From assembly GCA_948467645.1 (NCBI GenBank), contig CAOKFD010000003.1, forward strand, positions 12,481-76,480: a stretch of DNA of 64,000 nt. Direction: 5' to 3'. The notes under the pieces are model-generated. The model saw only the letters and a list, made by a program, of their open reading frames with translations. It did no database searches and was not told where the DNA came from. Source of the DNA: an uncultured Eubacteriales bacterium (GTDB lineage: Bacteria > Bacillota > Clostridia > Christensenellales > Aristaeellaceae). Within the stretch, counting starts at the first letter, position 1. Each line of letters opens with the position of its first letter. Both the position numbers and the translations under genes were made by a program. Below, piece by piece: positions 36,054 through 45,924 of the stretch.

Positions 36054-37727
36054 TTAGTCGGCTGCCTGAGCGCGCTTTATATCCTTCAGCCGCTTCATGA
36101 CGTCGTTGCCGCCGCGGCCGAAGTAATCGTGCAGAGTGGCGTACTCGGCGTACAGCTTTTCATACACGGCCTGATTTTCGGGAATCGGACGGTATACCAC
36201 GTCCTTCACGCCGCCCATATTGCGCGCCGCGTCCACTATCGAGTCATAGCCGCCGTTTGCCGCGCCCGCCGCAACCGCGCCGAACATCGCCGCACCCAGC
36301 GCCGGAGCCTGTGCCGAGCGTGATATGCGTATTTCATAGCCCAGCACGTCGGCGTAAATCTGCATCATGAAGGCGTTCTTCTGCGCTATGCCGCCGCAGG
36401 CATATATTTCATCTATGCGCACGCCGCTCTTGTTGAACGTATCGACTATCATGCGCGCGCCGTAGGCGGTTGCCTCGACCAGCGCCCTGTACATCTCCTC
36501 GGGCTTGGTGGTCAGCGTCATGCCTAACATCATGCCGGTCAGATTGGTATCGACCAGCACGCTGCGGTTGCCGTTCCACCAGTCCAGCGCCAGCAGGCCG
36601 CTTTCGCCCGGCTTATACTTTTCGGCCTTTTCGGTCAGCAGTACGTGCAGGTTCATGCCGCGCTCCTCGGCCTCCTGCTTATACTCGGCGGGCACGCAGT
36701 TTTCCACAAACCAGTTGAAGTGATCGCCCACGCAGCTCTGCCCGGCTTCATAGCCCATAAGTCCCGGGATTACGCCGTCCTCGACCACGCCGCACATGCC
36801 GGGCACTATCTTTTCCTCGTCCGACAGCATTATGTCGCAGGTGGACGTGCCCATTATCATGAGCATCTTGCCCTTTTCGGTAAGGCCCACCGGCGGCAGC
36901 GATACGTGCGCGTCCACGTTGGCCACGGCAACCGCGGTGCCCTTAGCAAGACCCGACCACTTTGCGGCCGTTTCCGTCACCTCGCCCGCCTTGGAGCCGA
37001 TCGGGTATATGTCGGTGGAGAGCTTCTCCTCGACCACGTTCTCCAGCCGCGGGTCGAGCGCCTTAAAGAAGTCCTTGCTGGGATAGCCCTCGCGCTTGGA
37101 CCACATGGCTTTGTAGCCCGCGGTGCAGCTGTTGCGCGCTTCCTTGCCGGTCAGCTGCATTATCACCCAGTCGGCGGCCTCCATGAAGCGGTCGGTCGCG
37201 TCGTATACCTCGGGCGCCTCCAGCAGCACCTGCCATATCTTGGGTATCATCCATTCGCTGGAGATCTTTCCGCCGTAACGCTTTAGGAAGGTCTCGCCGC
37301 GCTCCTCGGCGATTGCGTTCAGCCTGTCGGCCAGATACTGCGCCGCGTGATGCTTCCACAGCTTTACATACGAATGCGGATTTGACTTAAATTCGTCTTT
37401 GAAGCACAGCGGCGTGCCGCTCTCGTCCACCGCAATCATGGTACAGGCGGTAAAGTCGATCGACATACCTACCACGTCCGATGCGTCCACGCCAGATTCG
37501 CGTAGAACCTCATTAACGGTAAAGCTGAGCGTATCCAGATAATCCTGAGGATGCTGCAGCGCCCAGTCGGGCTTCAGCCGCGTGCCGTCGGGCAGACGCT
37601 CATCCATAACCGCGTGCGGATAGTCCAGCGTGGCCGTGGCCAGTTCGCGCCCGTCCGCCACGTCCACCAGCAGCGCGCGCGCGGACAGCGTGCCAAAGTC
37701 AACGCCTATGCAATACTTAGTCGGCAT
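36054..37727 (-). CDS. araB: ribulokinase (FGGY carbohydrate kinase family)
   Basis: 557 aa with the N-terminus [19 protein letters not shown] and the overall length and pattern typical of AraB. RBS is GGGGAGGA. Confidence 0.9.
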   Translation of the reverse strand: MPTKYCIGVDFGTLSARALLVDVADGRELATATLDYPHAVMDERLPDGTRLKPDWALQHPQDYLDTLSFTVNEVLRESGVDASDVVGMSIDFTACTMIAVDESGTPLCFKDEFKSNPHSYVKLWKHHAAQYLADRLNAIAEERGETFLKRYGGKISSEWMIPKIWQVLLEAPEVYDATDRFMEAADWVIMQLTGKEARNSCTAGYKAMWSKREGYPSKDFFKALDPRLENVVEEKLSTDIYPIGSKAGEVTETAAKWSGLAKGTAVAVANVDAHVSLPPVGLTEKGKMLMIMGTSTCDIMLSDEEKIVPGMCGVVEDGVIPGLMGYEAGQSCVGDHFNWFVENCVPAEYKQEAEERGMNLHVLLTEKAEKYKPGESGLLALDWWNGNRSVLVDTNLTGMMLGMTLTTKPEEMYRALVEATAYGARMIVDTFNKSGVRIDEIYACGGIAQKNAFMMQIYADVLGYEIRISRSAQAPALGAAMFGAVAAGAANGGYDSIVDAARNMGGVKDVVYRPIPENQAVYEKLYAEYATLHDYFGRGGNDVMKRLKDIKRAQAAD

Positions 37728-37934
37728 AATATATCCTCCCCATATGCTGAATATCGATAATGTTATGCATTTAATGCTGTACCATGTGGTTTAATGTTTG
37801 CGATACTATTTTACATTATCCCAGCGCATTTTGCAACCATAACCCGGATCAAAAAGCCTAAAGCGCAAATAAATGGCGGATTAATGTTTTATCCCAATTT
37901 TTTTATGGATTAACCGCCGCTGAGGGCGCGCATG

Positions 37935-37943
37935 TGGTATAAT
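37935..37943 (+). promoter_or_regulatory. extended -10 promoter element (TGGTATAAT)
   Basis: TGgTATAAT lies 53 nt upstream of the 37996 start. There is no convincing -35 element. Confidence 0.3.
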
Positions 37944-37995
37944 GTATGTAGGAATTTTTCCCCGACGCATAACACTTTTAGGAGGGTATTTCAAA

Positions 37996-38628
37996 ATGCG
38001 CAAGTTTATCGCAATCCTCACGGCGCTATGCCTGATGCTGGTTCCCGCAATGTCGCTGGCCGACGATGTGTCCAGCAGCTATTTCTGGAGCACCGACACC
38101 GAATTCGACCTGTACGATCTGGGCTTTTCGATCAACATTCCCGAAAACTGGACGCGCGCTGACGATGAGACTATCGCCGCGATGAACGGCGAGGGCGAGG
38201 ACGCTCAGGCCGCCGACGATACCGCCGACAACGCCACGGCGCTTTCGCCCTATGCAATCGCGATGATGGCCAACGCCGACAACAGCGCGAGCATGATGAT
38301 CGCGTGCGAGGACGTCGAGGACCCCGAAGCCATCGTTACGCCCGATCAGTACATCGAGCTGTTCGCCAACGATTTGGTAATATCCAGCGCGGAAAGCGGC
38401 GTGACCTACACCTACGATACCACTGCTATCTCAGACGCGACGCTGTGCACTCAAACCTTCCGCGAGATGGCACTGAGCGGCTCGGACGGCAGCATCATCG
38501 ATCTGCTGGTATGCCACAGCGGCATGGGCACCTATTATTCCTTCGTGATAGTCGGCACGGCCGATTCCATCACCCCGTTTGCGCAGGAGTTCGTAAACGC
38601 GGTTGCGGAGATCGACGCGGTAGGCTAA
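37996..38628 (+). CDS. secreted hypothetical protein
   Basis: Signal peptide MRKFIAILTALCLMLVPAMSLA and RBS AGGAGGG. The mature part is acidic and matches no family I recognise. The track ORF starts earlier (37942). Confidence 0.7.
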   Translation: MRKFIAILTALCLMLVPAMSLADDVSSSYFWSTDTEFDLYDLGFSINIPENWTRADDETIAAMNGEGEDAQAADDTADNATALSPYAIAMMANADNSASMMIACEDVEDPEAIVTPDQYIELFANDLVISSAESGVTYTYDTTAISDATLCTQTFREMALSGSDGSIIDLLVCHSGMGTYYSFVIVGTADSITPFAQEFVNAVAEIDAVG

Positions 38629-38640
38629 TTAAGTGCAGTA

Positions 38641-38678
38641 AAAAAACGCGCGGTGCCTGAGCACACCGCGCGTTTTTT
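38641..38678. terminator. bidirectional rho-independent terminator
   Basis: AAAAAACGCGCGGTG-cctgagca-CACCGCGCGTTTTTT, a perfect stem flanked by an A-run and a T-run, between convergent genes. Confidence 0.8.
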
Positions 38679-38684
38679 ATGCTT

Positions 38685-39257
38685 TTATTCTTCCGGCTTA
38701 GTCTCCAGCGACAGCGGATAATCGCCCAGATGCTTTACCTTGAAGCCCGCCTTGCGGTACTCGTCGTAGTTAAACGCCTCCAGCTCGTCTATCGCAAGCT
38801 TATGGAATTCGTAGAAGTTGTGCCACCACTCGTAGCCGCTGCCCAGGCTGGCATTTAGATACGCGTCGGCGATGTCGCAGCCCATCTGCGGCGCGACGTA
38901 GAACGCGCCCATCGCCAGCACGTTAACGCCGTTGCCGGTTATCGCGCGCAGCGCCGCGGGCACCGACTCGACCACGCCCGCGTGTACGTGCGGGCACTTG
39001 CTGGCCGCGATATGTATGCCCATTCCCGTGCCGCAGAACGCCAGTGCGCGCTCGTACTCGCCCTCGGCGATCTTCGCGCCTATGCGCAGGCCCACGCGAT
39101 GGAACATGTTCTCGGTATCGTTATCGTCGGGCGACTTTACGCCCACGTCCTCGATCTCCCAGCCCTTGGCCTTGAGGTGCGCGACGACCGCCTCTTTAAG
39201 CGGATAGCCCGCAAAATCCGCGCCCACGACCAGTTTCTTATCCTTAACCATCTTCAT
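38685..39257 (-). CDS. RpiB/LacA/LacB family sugar-phosphate isomerase with a C-terminal extension
   Basis: VGADFAGYPLKEAVVAHLKAKGWEIEDVG and CGTGMGIHIAASK motifs. At 190 aa it is about 40 aa longer than canonical RpiB. I prefer the ATG at 39257 (MKMVKDKK). Confidence 0.85.
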   Translation of the reverse strand: MKMVKDKKLVVGADFAGYPLKEAVVAHLKAKGWEIEDVGVKSPDDNDTENMFHRVGLRIGAKIAEGEYERALAFCGTGMGIHIAASKCPHVHAGVVESVPAALRAITGNGVNVLAMGAFYVAPQMGCDIADAYLNASLGSGYEWWHNFYEFHKLAIDELEAFNYDEYRKAGFKVKHLGDYPLSLETKPEE

Positions 39258-39384
39258 AATACATACCGCCTTTCCGTGCAATGCGCCGCGTTGTAACAAC
39301 ACGATTACATGATAATGATACCATCCGGCGAGTATTATGTCAATAGTTAACAATGTGTGCCATGAACTACTGCCTAATCCGTGC

Positions 39385-39891
39385 TTAATCCCGGCGCAGA
39401 TATTCGCGCACCAGCACTGCCGCGCCGCCCAGCATCATAATCACGCCTATCCAGAATGGCCATGCAATGCCCGTATAGAACAGTCCCGTGCCGAACGGCC
39501 CCCACTCGTTAAAGAACCACGTCGTGGTCTGCGCGAACTGCTGCGCCAGCACCAGCGACGTGACTAAACTCGCCAGCCCGATCGTAAGTACGCATATGCC
39601 GAACACTATCCTGAACATGCGCTGACGTTCGACGCGCGCCGCGTCCGCGGGCTGTGCGGGCGCGGGCACGCCCGGGGTGACCTGTGCATCGGCGCTGTCG
39701 TCTATCAGCAGGTAATCCGTGCTTACGCCGAACAATTTGCTCAATTGTATCACCTTGTCCACATCGGGCGTTGCGTCGCCCGTCTCCCAACGCGAGACCG
39801 CCTGCCGCGTCACGTCCATTTCGTTTGCCAGCGCTTCCTGCGACATGCCGCGTATTTTGCGCTGCATCGTTATCTTTTCGCCTATACTCAT
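39385..39891 (-). CDS. XRE-family helix-turn-helix regulator with a C-terminal membrane domain
   Basis: HTH segment MQRKIRGMSQEALANEMDVTRQAVSRWETG, followed by three hydrophobic segments. RBS is AAAGGAGGA. Confidence 0.85.
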   Translation of the reverse strand: MSIGEKITMQRKIRGMSQEALANEMDVTRQAVSRWETGDATPDVDKVIQLSKLFGVSTDYLLIDDSADAQVTPGVPAPAQPADAARVERQRMFRIVFGICVLTIGLASLVTSLVLAQQFAQTTTWFFNEWGPFGTGLFYTGIAWPFWIGVIMMLGGAAVLVREYLRRD

Positions 39892-40054
39892 TTGTCCGTC
39901 CTCCTTTGGAACATGTCAGCATTATATCCCATCAGGCGCTCAAATACCAGCGCGGCAAGCTGGAATTTCGGCAATCGGCGCGCGGCAATTGCGCAATTTG
40001 AGGTTGCGGAGCGATTTTTCGCGGGCAAATGGCCGTTTTTGCATGTACAGGCAT

Positions 40055-40088
40055 AAAAAATCGGGAGCGCGTGACTTCATGCGCTCCC
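40055..40088 (-). terminator. rho-independent terminator of the 45.9-40.1 kb operon
   Basis: On the minus strand, GGGAGCGC-atgaagtcac-GCGCTCCC is followed by GATTTTTT. Confidence 0.6.
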
Positions 40089-40096
40089 CTGTTCGT

Positions 40097-41689
40097 TTAG
40101 TCGATCAGCGGCTCTATCAGGCTCTTAAGCAGTTCATAGGTTATCGAGCCGACTTTGTTATATACGATTCTGCCCTCAGCGTCCACAACAACAGTCATGG
40201 GAAGCATTGTCGAGCCGCCCAGCGACGCAATTACACTGCCGTCGCTGTCCAGCGCAAACGGCATCGTGTAGCCCTGTCCGTCCAGATATTCCTGCACGTC
40301 GTCAGTGATAAGCTCTGAATGAATCGCGACGAGTTCTATCTTATCCGATAATTCGTCGTATATCTTCTGGAAATGCGGCAATTCGTTCACGCACGGCGTG
40401 CACCACGTCGCCCAGAAGTTAATTATTACCGGCTTGCCCTTACAGGCGCTGAGGCTGAACTCGCCGTCATCTGTGCCATACAGCGGCACTGTGAAGTCGG
40501 GGCACATCATACCCACTTCACTGCCCACCTGAACATCGGCCGATTCCTGCACGGGAGCCTGCGTCGGCGCGTCAGTCGCACTCGGCTGATCAGCTGCGGC
40601 TTTAGCAGTAGTGCTTACCGTTGGTTCAGGCGTAGTCGTAGGCGCAGCTTCAGTTGTCTGAACAGTTGCCGTCGGTTGAGACGCGGCCGGCTTATTATTG
40701 TTCTCTGGCTTATTTACGAACCACATCATACCCGCGAGCAGCACCAGCGCAAGCCCCCAGCATACGGCTGAGCGCGTCCGGCGGCGCTTGCTATCGGCGG
40801 AAGTATTGCTTACTTCGCTGCCGCGCAGTGCGAGTTTGCCGCCCTTCCAGCTTATCGCGCCGGTGGGGCACTCGCCTATGCAGTCGCCGCACTGTATACA
40901 CTCATGATCGCCAACGTGCCTGATGTCCACCTTACAATGGCTCACACAGCGGCCGCAGTCGGTGCATTTGCCCGCGTCCACCTTGACGCCCAACAGCGAT
41001 ATGCGCGCGAACAGCCCGTATATCGCGCCCAGCGGACACATGAAGCGGCAGAAGGCCCGGTACACGAACGCGCACGATGCGAATATCGCGACCATTATCA
41101 CGAACTTGCGCGTAAAAAGTATGCCCAGCATCGAGAACTTATCCGCGTTGGCCGGGTTCGCGAGCAGTCCTATCGCGCCCTCGAACGTACCGGCGGGACA
41201 GATGTATTTGCAGAACGCGGGCACTGGGAATTTCTGTGCGGCATAGCTTAGCGGAATTATGACCACGAATATGGCCAATATCACGTATTTCAGCCACGAC
41301 AGTACGCGCGTGAAGCGGTTCTTGCGCAGCTTGGGTACAGGTATTTTATGCAGCAATTCCTGAATAAGCCCCAGCGGGCACAGCCAGCCGCATATCGTGC
41401 GCCCCAGCGTAAGCCCAAGCAGCAGCAGTATGCCCAGCACATACGCGGGCGCGCGATTGCCCGACGACGCGAGCGCGTTTTGCAGTGCGCCCAGCGGACA
41501 TGCGCCCACCGCGCCTGGACAGGAATAGCAGTTGAAGCCCGGCACGCACATGTTCTTGAGCGGGCCGGTATAGATTTCGCCCTCGATAAAGCCCTTCACA
41601 TGGGCGTTGTACAGCAGCGCCGCATAGACCTGAATCAGTCTGCGCCGCGTGGGCTTATGCGCCGCCCACCATGTCTTTAACTTATCCAA
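40097..41689 (-). CDS. NapH/MauN-like membrane polyferredoxin fused to an extracytoplasmic TlpA/ResA-like thioredoxin domain
   Basis: Membrane Cys motifs (CYSCPGAVGACPLG, CKYICPAG, CRFMCPLG). Two 4Fe-4S motifs (CTDCGRCVSHC, CIQCGDCIGECP). An extra TM segment and a Thr/Pro/Ala-rich linker. A thioredoxin fold with WATWCTPC. The TTG start overlaps the upstream stop (CTTGGATAA). Confidence 0.85.
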   Translation of the reverse strand: MDKLKTWWAAHKPTRRRLIQVYAALLYNAHVKGFIEGEIYTGPLKNMCVPGFNCYSCPGAVGACPLGALQNALASSGNRAPAYVLGILLLLGLTLGRTICGWLCPLGLIQELLHKIPVPKLRKNRFTRVLSWLKYVILAIFVVIIPLSYAAQKFPVPAFCKYICPAGTFEGAIGLLANPANADKFSMLGILFTRKFVIMVAIFASCAFVYRAFCRFMCPLGAIYGLFARISLLGVKVDAGKCTDCGRCVSHCKVDIRHVGDHECIQCGDCIGECPTGAISWKGGKLALRGSEVSNTSADSKRRRTRSAVCWGLALVLLAGMMWFVNKPENNNKPAASQPTATVQTTEAAPTTTPEPTVSTTAKAAADQPSATDAPTQAPVQESADVQVGSEVGMMCPDFTVPLYGTDDGEFSLSACKGKPVIINFWATWCTPCVNELPHFQKIYDELSDKIELVAIHSELITDDVQEYLDGQGYTMPFALDSDGSVIASLGGSTMLPMTVVVDAEGRIVYNKVGSITYELLKSLIEPLID

Positions 41690-42470
41690 GTCCTATACAC
41701 TCCGTACATATATTTATCGCCTTAACCAGTACGTCCCTCATGCCGCCGTTTGCTATGCCGCAGGCGATCAGCGCCGCCGCCGCGACGTACAGCGCGCCGC
41801 GCAGTATCATTCTGCCTTTGCCTGCGTTAGTCGGCTTTTTCGGCAAAGGCTGTGCAAGTTTGGGCGCTTGGGAAGCGGCTTCTGCCTCACGGGATATGCT
41901 TTTATAGCACACCTGAGCGCGGGCAAACAGCGCTGCGAACGCAAGCAGTACCCACGGCCCGACATTCAGCAGCATCGCACCCATCACGCTTTCCAATTCC
42001 CACGAGGTAAAATTAGCGATATTAAGCAGATAAAGCGCGGCGGGCACGGCGCACAGCGCACATATCGCGCCGCATATCACCGCCGCAAGTCTGCGCTGCT
42101 TTTCTTCGGCAAGCATCGCAGGGGTTTTCTGCACGCGCGCAAGGAGCAGGTTCAGCCGGGCAGCCGGGTCTGGCACAGGCATTTGCGGCTTTTGCGGCCG
42201 CAAAACGCGCTGTACAATCGCCGCACACAGCGCGGCCAGCCACAGCCAGAACGCCCACGCAATATTGCTAAGGCGCACAGTCACTATCTCGCGGCTGTAC
42301 ACGTCGTTTATGCGCACGCCCGCGCTTGTGAAGTTGTCGGGCGCGTTGCCGACGCGATACGCGGATATGCACTGCGTAATCAACAGCACCGCCAATAGCA
42401 GCGTCGTCAAAGCCGCCGCCGCTTCTGTCCAACGTATCCTGCCTTTTACTGTCTTTTTAGATTCGCTCAT
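41682..42470 (-). CDS. polytopic membrane protein with a C-terminal CxxC tail (..INICTECIGLG)
   Basis: 262 aa with several TM segments. The terminal motif CTECIGLG resembles the tail of small clostridial CXXC proteins, which I recall being annotated as the CD1871A family (recollection, unverified). RBS is AAAGGGGAG. Confidence 0.7.
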   Translation of the reverse strand: MSESKKTVKGRIRWTEAAAALTTLLLAVLLITQCISAYRVGNAPDNFTSAGVRINDVYSREIVTVRLSNIAWAFWLWLAALCAAIVQRVLRPQKPQMPVPDPAARLNLLLARVQKTPAMLAEEKQRRLAAVICGAICALCAVPAALYLLNIANFTSWELESVMGAMLLNVGPWVLLAFAALFARAQVCYKSISREAEAASQAPKLAQPLPKKPTNAGKGRMILRGALYVAAAALIACGIANGGMRDVLVKAINICTECIGLG

Positions 42471-42507
42471 GGGCGCTCCCCTTTCGGCCGCGCTTTATGC
42501 CTTGGCG

Positions 42508-43431
42508 TCACGCCGCCTTTTTAAGTGTTACTTCGATTTCGCCGCCGTTTGCTTCCATGACGAAGTTATCGGTCACGCGCTCGTAGCCCTCGGGCACCTT
42601 CAGCACATGCACTTCATAGGCATATGCGTTTTCGGCTTCATATAGCGACACGCCTTCCGCGTCGGATACCGCCACGGCGCAGGTCGTATCGTCGCAGAAC
42701 TGGGTCATGACGCCCGCGACCGGCGCGCCCGATTCGTCAATGTACCTGACTTTGTACTGAACAGGGCCTTCAACCGCGGTGGCGGCATTTGCCTCAGCAA
42801 AAATACTGCCATCGGCGTTCAGCAGACTAAGGCTGGTTATGTCGGAGTTACCGAGCGCATTGGCTATGCTTATGTTCAGGGCGAGCCAGTGCTCAGCCTG
42901 CTCCACGGTGCTGAGCAGCGCCGTTGCGTCGCCAGATATGCCGCCGATCAGCGGCACTATGCTTACGCCGCACTCCAGATTGGTGAGGTCGATTGTACGG
43001 ACATAACCCGCATCGTCGCGCTCCATACTGCTTATCGCGATGGATTCCATGCCGGACGTACCGTTGTTAAACAGTATGTCGGCTTCGTCGGAATCGCTAT
43101 TTACGCGGATTTGGGCATTGCTGTCGTTTAGCATGTATATGTTCAGACCCGTGTTTTCCTGCACTTCGCCGTTTACGGCAAGTGTAAGCTGACTTGCGTC
43201 GGTCAGCAGTTCAACCGTTACGCCGTCTGCCTCAGCATTGTTATCCTCGTCTGGCGCGGCGGTTGACTGCGCCGCATCTTTTGTCAGATCCAGCATTCCG
43301 TACAGCGACACGTTTGTTCCGTCGGAAAGCGTCACATTGGGGCTTTCTGCGCTGTCGGCAAAGGCCACGGCAGTTAAGCATAAAGAAAGCGCCGCCGTCA
43401 AAAGCAGCGAAACCAGTTTCTTTGTGTGCAT
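42508..43431 (-). CDS. secreted hypothetical protein
   Basis: Signal peptide MHTKKLVSLLLTAALSLCLTAVAFA after AGGAGGAA. The C-terminal segment of about 80 aa (VRYIDESGAPVAGVMTQFCDDTTCAVAVSDAEG...YEVHVLKVPEGY) looks like a prealbumin/Cna-B-type beta-sandwich. The track ORF starts earlier (43491). Confidence 0.7.
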   Translation of the reverse strand: MHTKKLVSLLLTAALSLCLTAVAFADSAESPNVTLSDGTNVSLYGMLDLTKDAAQSTAAPDEDNNAEADGVTVELLTDASQLTLAVNGEVQENTGLNIYMLNDSNAQIRVNSDSDEADILFNNGTSGMESIAISSMERDDAGYVRTIDLTNLECGVSIVPLIGGISGDATALLSTVEQAEHWLALNISIANALGNSDITSLSLLNADGSIFAEANAATAVEGPVQYKVRYIDESGAPVAGVMTQFCDDTTCAVAVSDAEGVSLYEAENAYAYEVHVLKVPEGYERVTDNFVMEANGGEIEVTLKKAA

Positions 43432-43543
43432 CGATAATTCCTCCTGAAAGCATTTATATTGACATGTCGGGCAGTGCTGCAAACCTGCCATACTGTAATT
43501 AGATGAATCCGTGTGGGATTTAGTTCCTTAATGCAGCTCTGCC

Positions 43544-44101
43544 TTAAAGACTTAACTCGTGCTGTGCGTTCATCAGCGCTATTTCCGCGCGGTCATGCGT
43601 CACGAATATTATAGTATGTATGCCGCGATTGCAAATGAGCTGCGCCGCGTTTGCGCGCGCGGCTTCGTCGAGGCCGCGAAACGGCTCGTCCATTATAAGC
43701 AGATCGGGCTTTACCGCCAGTGCGCGCGCTATCGCAACCCGGCGCTTCATGCCGCCCGAGAATTTGCTGACCGGGCGGTCGAGATCGTCCTCCAGCCCCA
43801 GCGCACAAAGCAGCCCACGCGCGTCATCCAGCGCCGATTTGCCCGCGGCGAAGCACAAGTTTTGAATAGCAGTCAGGTTTTCGATCAGCCTGTCCTCCTG
43901 AAACACAATCGACATTTTGCCTTCGCCGCGCAGTACATATCCCGCGTCGGGCTTTATCAGCCCCGCCATTATGCCCGTAAGCGTGCTTTTGCCCACGCCC
44001 GAAGGGCCGGTTATCGCGGTTATGCCTTTGCCAAACTCATACGTCAGATTGTTCAGCACGCGGCGGCCGGCAAACGATTTTGAGACATTATCCAGCTTCA
44101 T
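43544..44101 (-). CDS. ABC transporter ATP-binding protein (NitT/TauT-type, compact)
   Basis: Walker A GPSGVGKST, Q-loop VFQEDRL, signature FSGGMKRRVAIARA, Walker B LLIMDEPF, and H-loop VTHD. It is only 185 aa and overlaps the permease stop. Confidence 0.9.
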   Translation of the reverse strand: MKLDNVSKSFAGRRVLNNLTYEFGKGITAITGPSGVGKSTLTGIMAGLIKPDAGYVLRGEGKMSIVFQEDRLIENLTAIQNLCFAAGKSALDDARGLLCALGLEDDLDRPVSKFSGGMKRRVAIARALAVKPDLLIMDEPFRGLDEAARANAAQLICNRGIHTIIFVTHDRAEIALMNAQHELSL

Positions 44102-44855
44102 CGCGTTTCGCCCCCGGTATCAGTTTTTCGCACGCCAGACTTATCAGCACGATCACCAGCGTCCACGCCAGCACTTCGCCGGTGTTAAGGTATATCTTCG
44201 CGTCGTACAGGCGCTCGCCTATCGAGCCCGGCGGCAGGCCGATTACCTCAGCCGCCACGCCCGACTTCCAGCACAGGCCGCACGCAAGGCGGCACGCGCT
44301 CAGAAGCGGCTGTTTGACCGCAGGCATGTACAGGTATTTCAGTCTGCGCATGAAGCCCACCTCAAACACATCCGCCATTTCAAGTAGCTTCACATCGACG
44401 CTTTCCAGCCCTAATCCCACCTGAGAATAGAATATCGGCAATGCCATCAGAAACGATATGAACACCGACAGGTACCGCGCGCGCACCCACACCAGCGCCA
44501 GTATTACAAAAGACGCAACCGGCACCGACTTCACGCACATCATAAGCGGCCTGAGCAATGCGCGCACGGGCGGCAGTACATGCGCCGCCACGCCCAGCAC
44601 CGTGCCCATTACCAGCGCCAGCACGAACCCAGCCGATATGCGTAATGTTGACGAAACGAGCGCCATATAAAACCCGCGCTCGCGCATCAGACCAAAGAGT
44701 ATGTTAAGCACGCGCAAGGGCGGCGTGAGCAGTATGTCCTGCCCCAGTGCACGCGCGCCCAGTTCCCACACGATCAGCCAGAACGCCACCGCCACCGCGC
44801 GCATATACAGGCGCTCCGGCGTGCGTCCCAGTTCACGGTTAATCCGCATGGTCAT
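44088..44855 (-). CDS. ABC transporter permease (NitT/TauT/SsuC-type)
   Basis: Six TM segments and a BPD-transporter-like EAA-region pattern, 255 aa. Confidence 0.88.
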   Translation of the reverse strand: MTMRINRELGRTPERLYMRAVAVAFWLIVWELGARALGQDILLTPPLRVLNILFGLMRERGFYMALVSSTLRISAGFVLALVMGTVLGVAAHVLPPVRALLRPLMMCVKSVPVASFVILALVWVRARYLSVFISFLMALPIFYSQVGLGLESVDVKLLEMADVFEVGFMRRLKYLYMPAVKQPLLSACRLACGLCWKSGVAAEVIGLPPGSIGERLYDAKIYLNTGEVLAWTLVIVLISLACEKLIPGAKRDEAG

Positions 44856-44931
44856 ATCCTCCGGGATAAACTAATTCTAAAAAAGGGAACGCAAGTATAC
44901 GCTTGCGCTCCCCGACCGCACTAAAGCTGGA

Positions 44932-45924
44932 TTACGCGGCTTCTGCCTGAACAGCATCCGCGCCGTAGTAGAAATCGTCGCCCGGCAGAGCGCCGCCCAC
45001 CGCCTTGGGGTTCATGTCGAACAGAATCTCAAGGAAGCCTTCTACCTTAGTACGCATTTCATTGCCGCTTATGAAAACGATATTGCACTTGGGGATAGCC
45101 TGCTCCGCAACTGCGGCTTTGGCAATGCCGTTTTGCTCGATTATAGCCGCAGCCTCAGCCGGGTTTTCGTTTACGAAGTTCACCGACTGCTCATATGCCT
45201 CAAGCAAAGCCGTCAGTTCATCGGGATGCTGCTCGGCAAACTCGCTGCGCACCACCAGCACACCCGTCACCATGCCGCTGCCGTCGCTTACCTTGTCCCA
45301 CTCTTCGTTCAGGTTGAGCGCCACGCGCAGGTTATCATTGCCCGCCAGCACGGTGGTCACGAACGGCTCGGGCAGTACGGCCAGATCGGCGGTGCCGCTC
45401 TGCAGCGCCGCGGCCAGTTCGGTATGCTCGGACTTGAATTCGACGGTCACGTCGGTTTCGGGATCGATACCGTTCTGGCTGAGTATGTAATCCACGGAGT
45501 ACTCCGGGGTCGCGCCCTTACCGCTGGAATATACCGTACGGCCCTTGAGGTCGGCAACCGAATTGACGGTATCGCCCGCCTCAACAACGTAGAGAATGCC
45601 CAGAGTGTTTATCATGGCGACCTTCACGCCGCCGTTGGTGTTGTTGTAAAGCACGCTCGCCAGATTGGACGGCACAGCCGCAACGTCCAGTTCGCCCTTG
45701 ACCAGCAGCGCCGTGATTTCATCGGGCGCGCCCGCGATCGTGAACTGATAATTGCTGTTGCCGTCGGCGGCGTCCTTGAGCATCTGCGCCATGCCCATGG
45801 AAGTGGGGCCCTTGAGCGCGCCGATGCGCACCGCAGTTGTTTCCGATGTTGAGTCTTCCGCCTGCGCGCAGCCCATAATCAGCACGAGCGTCAGAGCCAG
45901 CAGCATTGATACGAGTTTCTTCAT
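44932..45924 (-). CDS. ABC transporter substrate-binding lipoprotein, NMT1/THI5-like
   Basis: Lipobox LIMGCAQ, then RIGALKGPTSMGMAQM and an overall NMT1/SsuA/ThiY-like pattern. RBS is GAAAGGTGG. Confidence 0.85.
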   Translation of the reverse strand: MKKLVSMLLALTLVLIMGCAQAEDSTSETTAVRIGALKGPTSMGMAQMLKDAADGNSNYQFTIAGAPDEITALLVKGELDVAAVPSNLASVLYNNTNGGVKVAMINTLGILYVVEAGDTVNSVADLKGRTVYSSGKGATPEYSVDYILSQNGIDPETDVTVEFKSEHTELAAALQSGTADLAVLPEPFVTTVLAGNDNLRVALNLNEEWDKVSDGSGMVTGVLVVRSEFAEQHPDELTALLEAYEQSVNFVNENPAEAAAIIEQNGIAKAAVAEQAIPKCNIVFISGNEMRTKVEGFLEILFDMNPKAVGGALPGDDFYYGADAVQAEAA

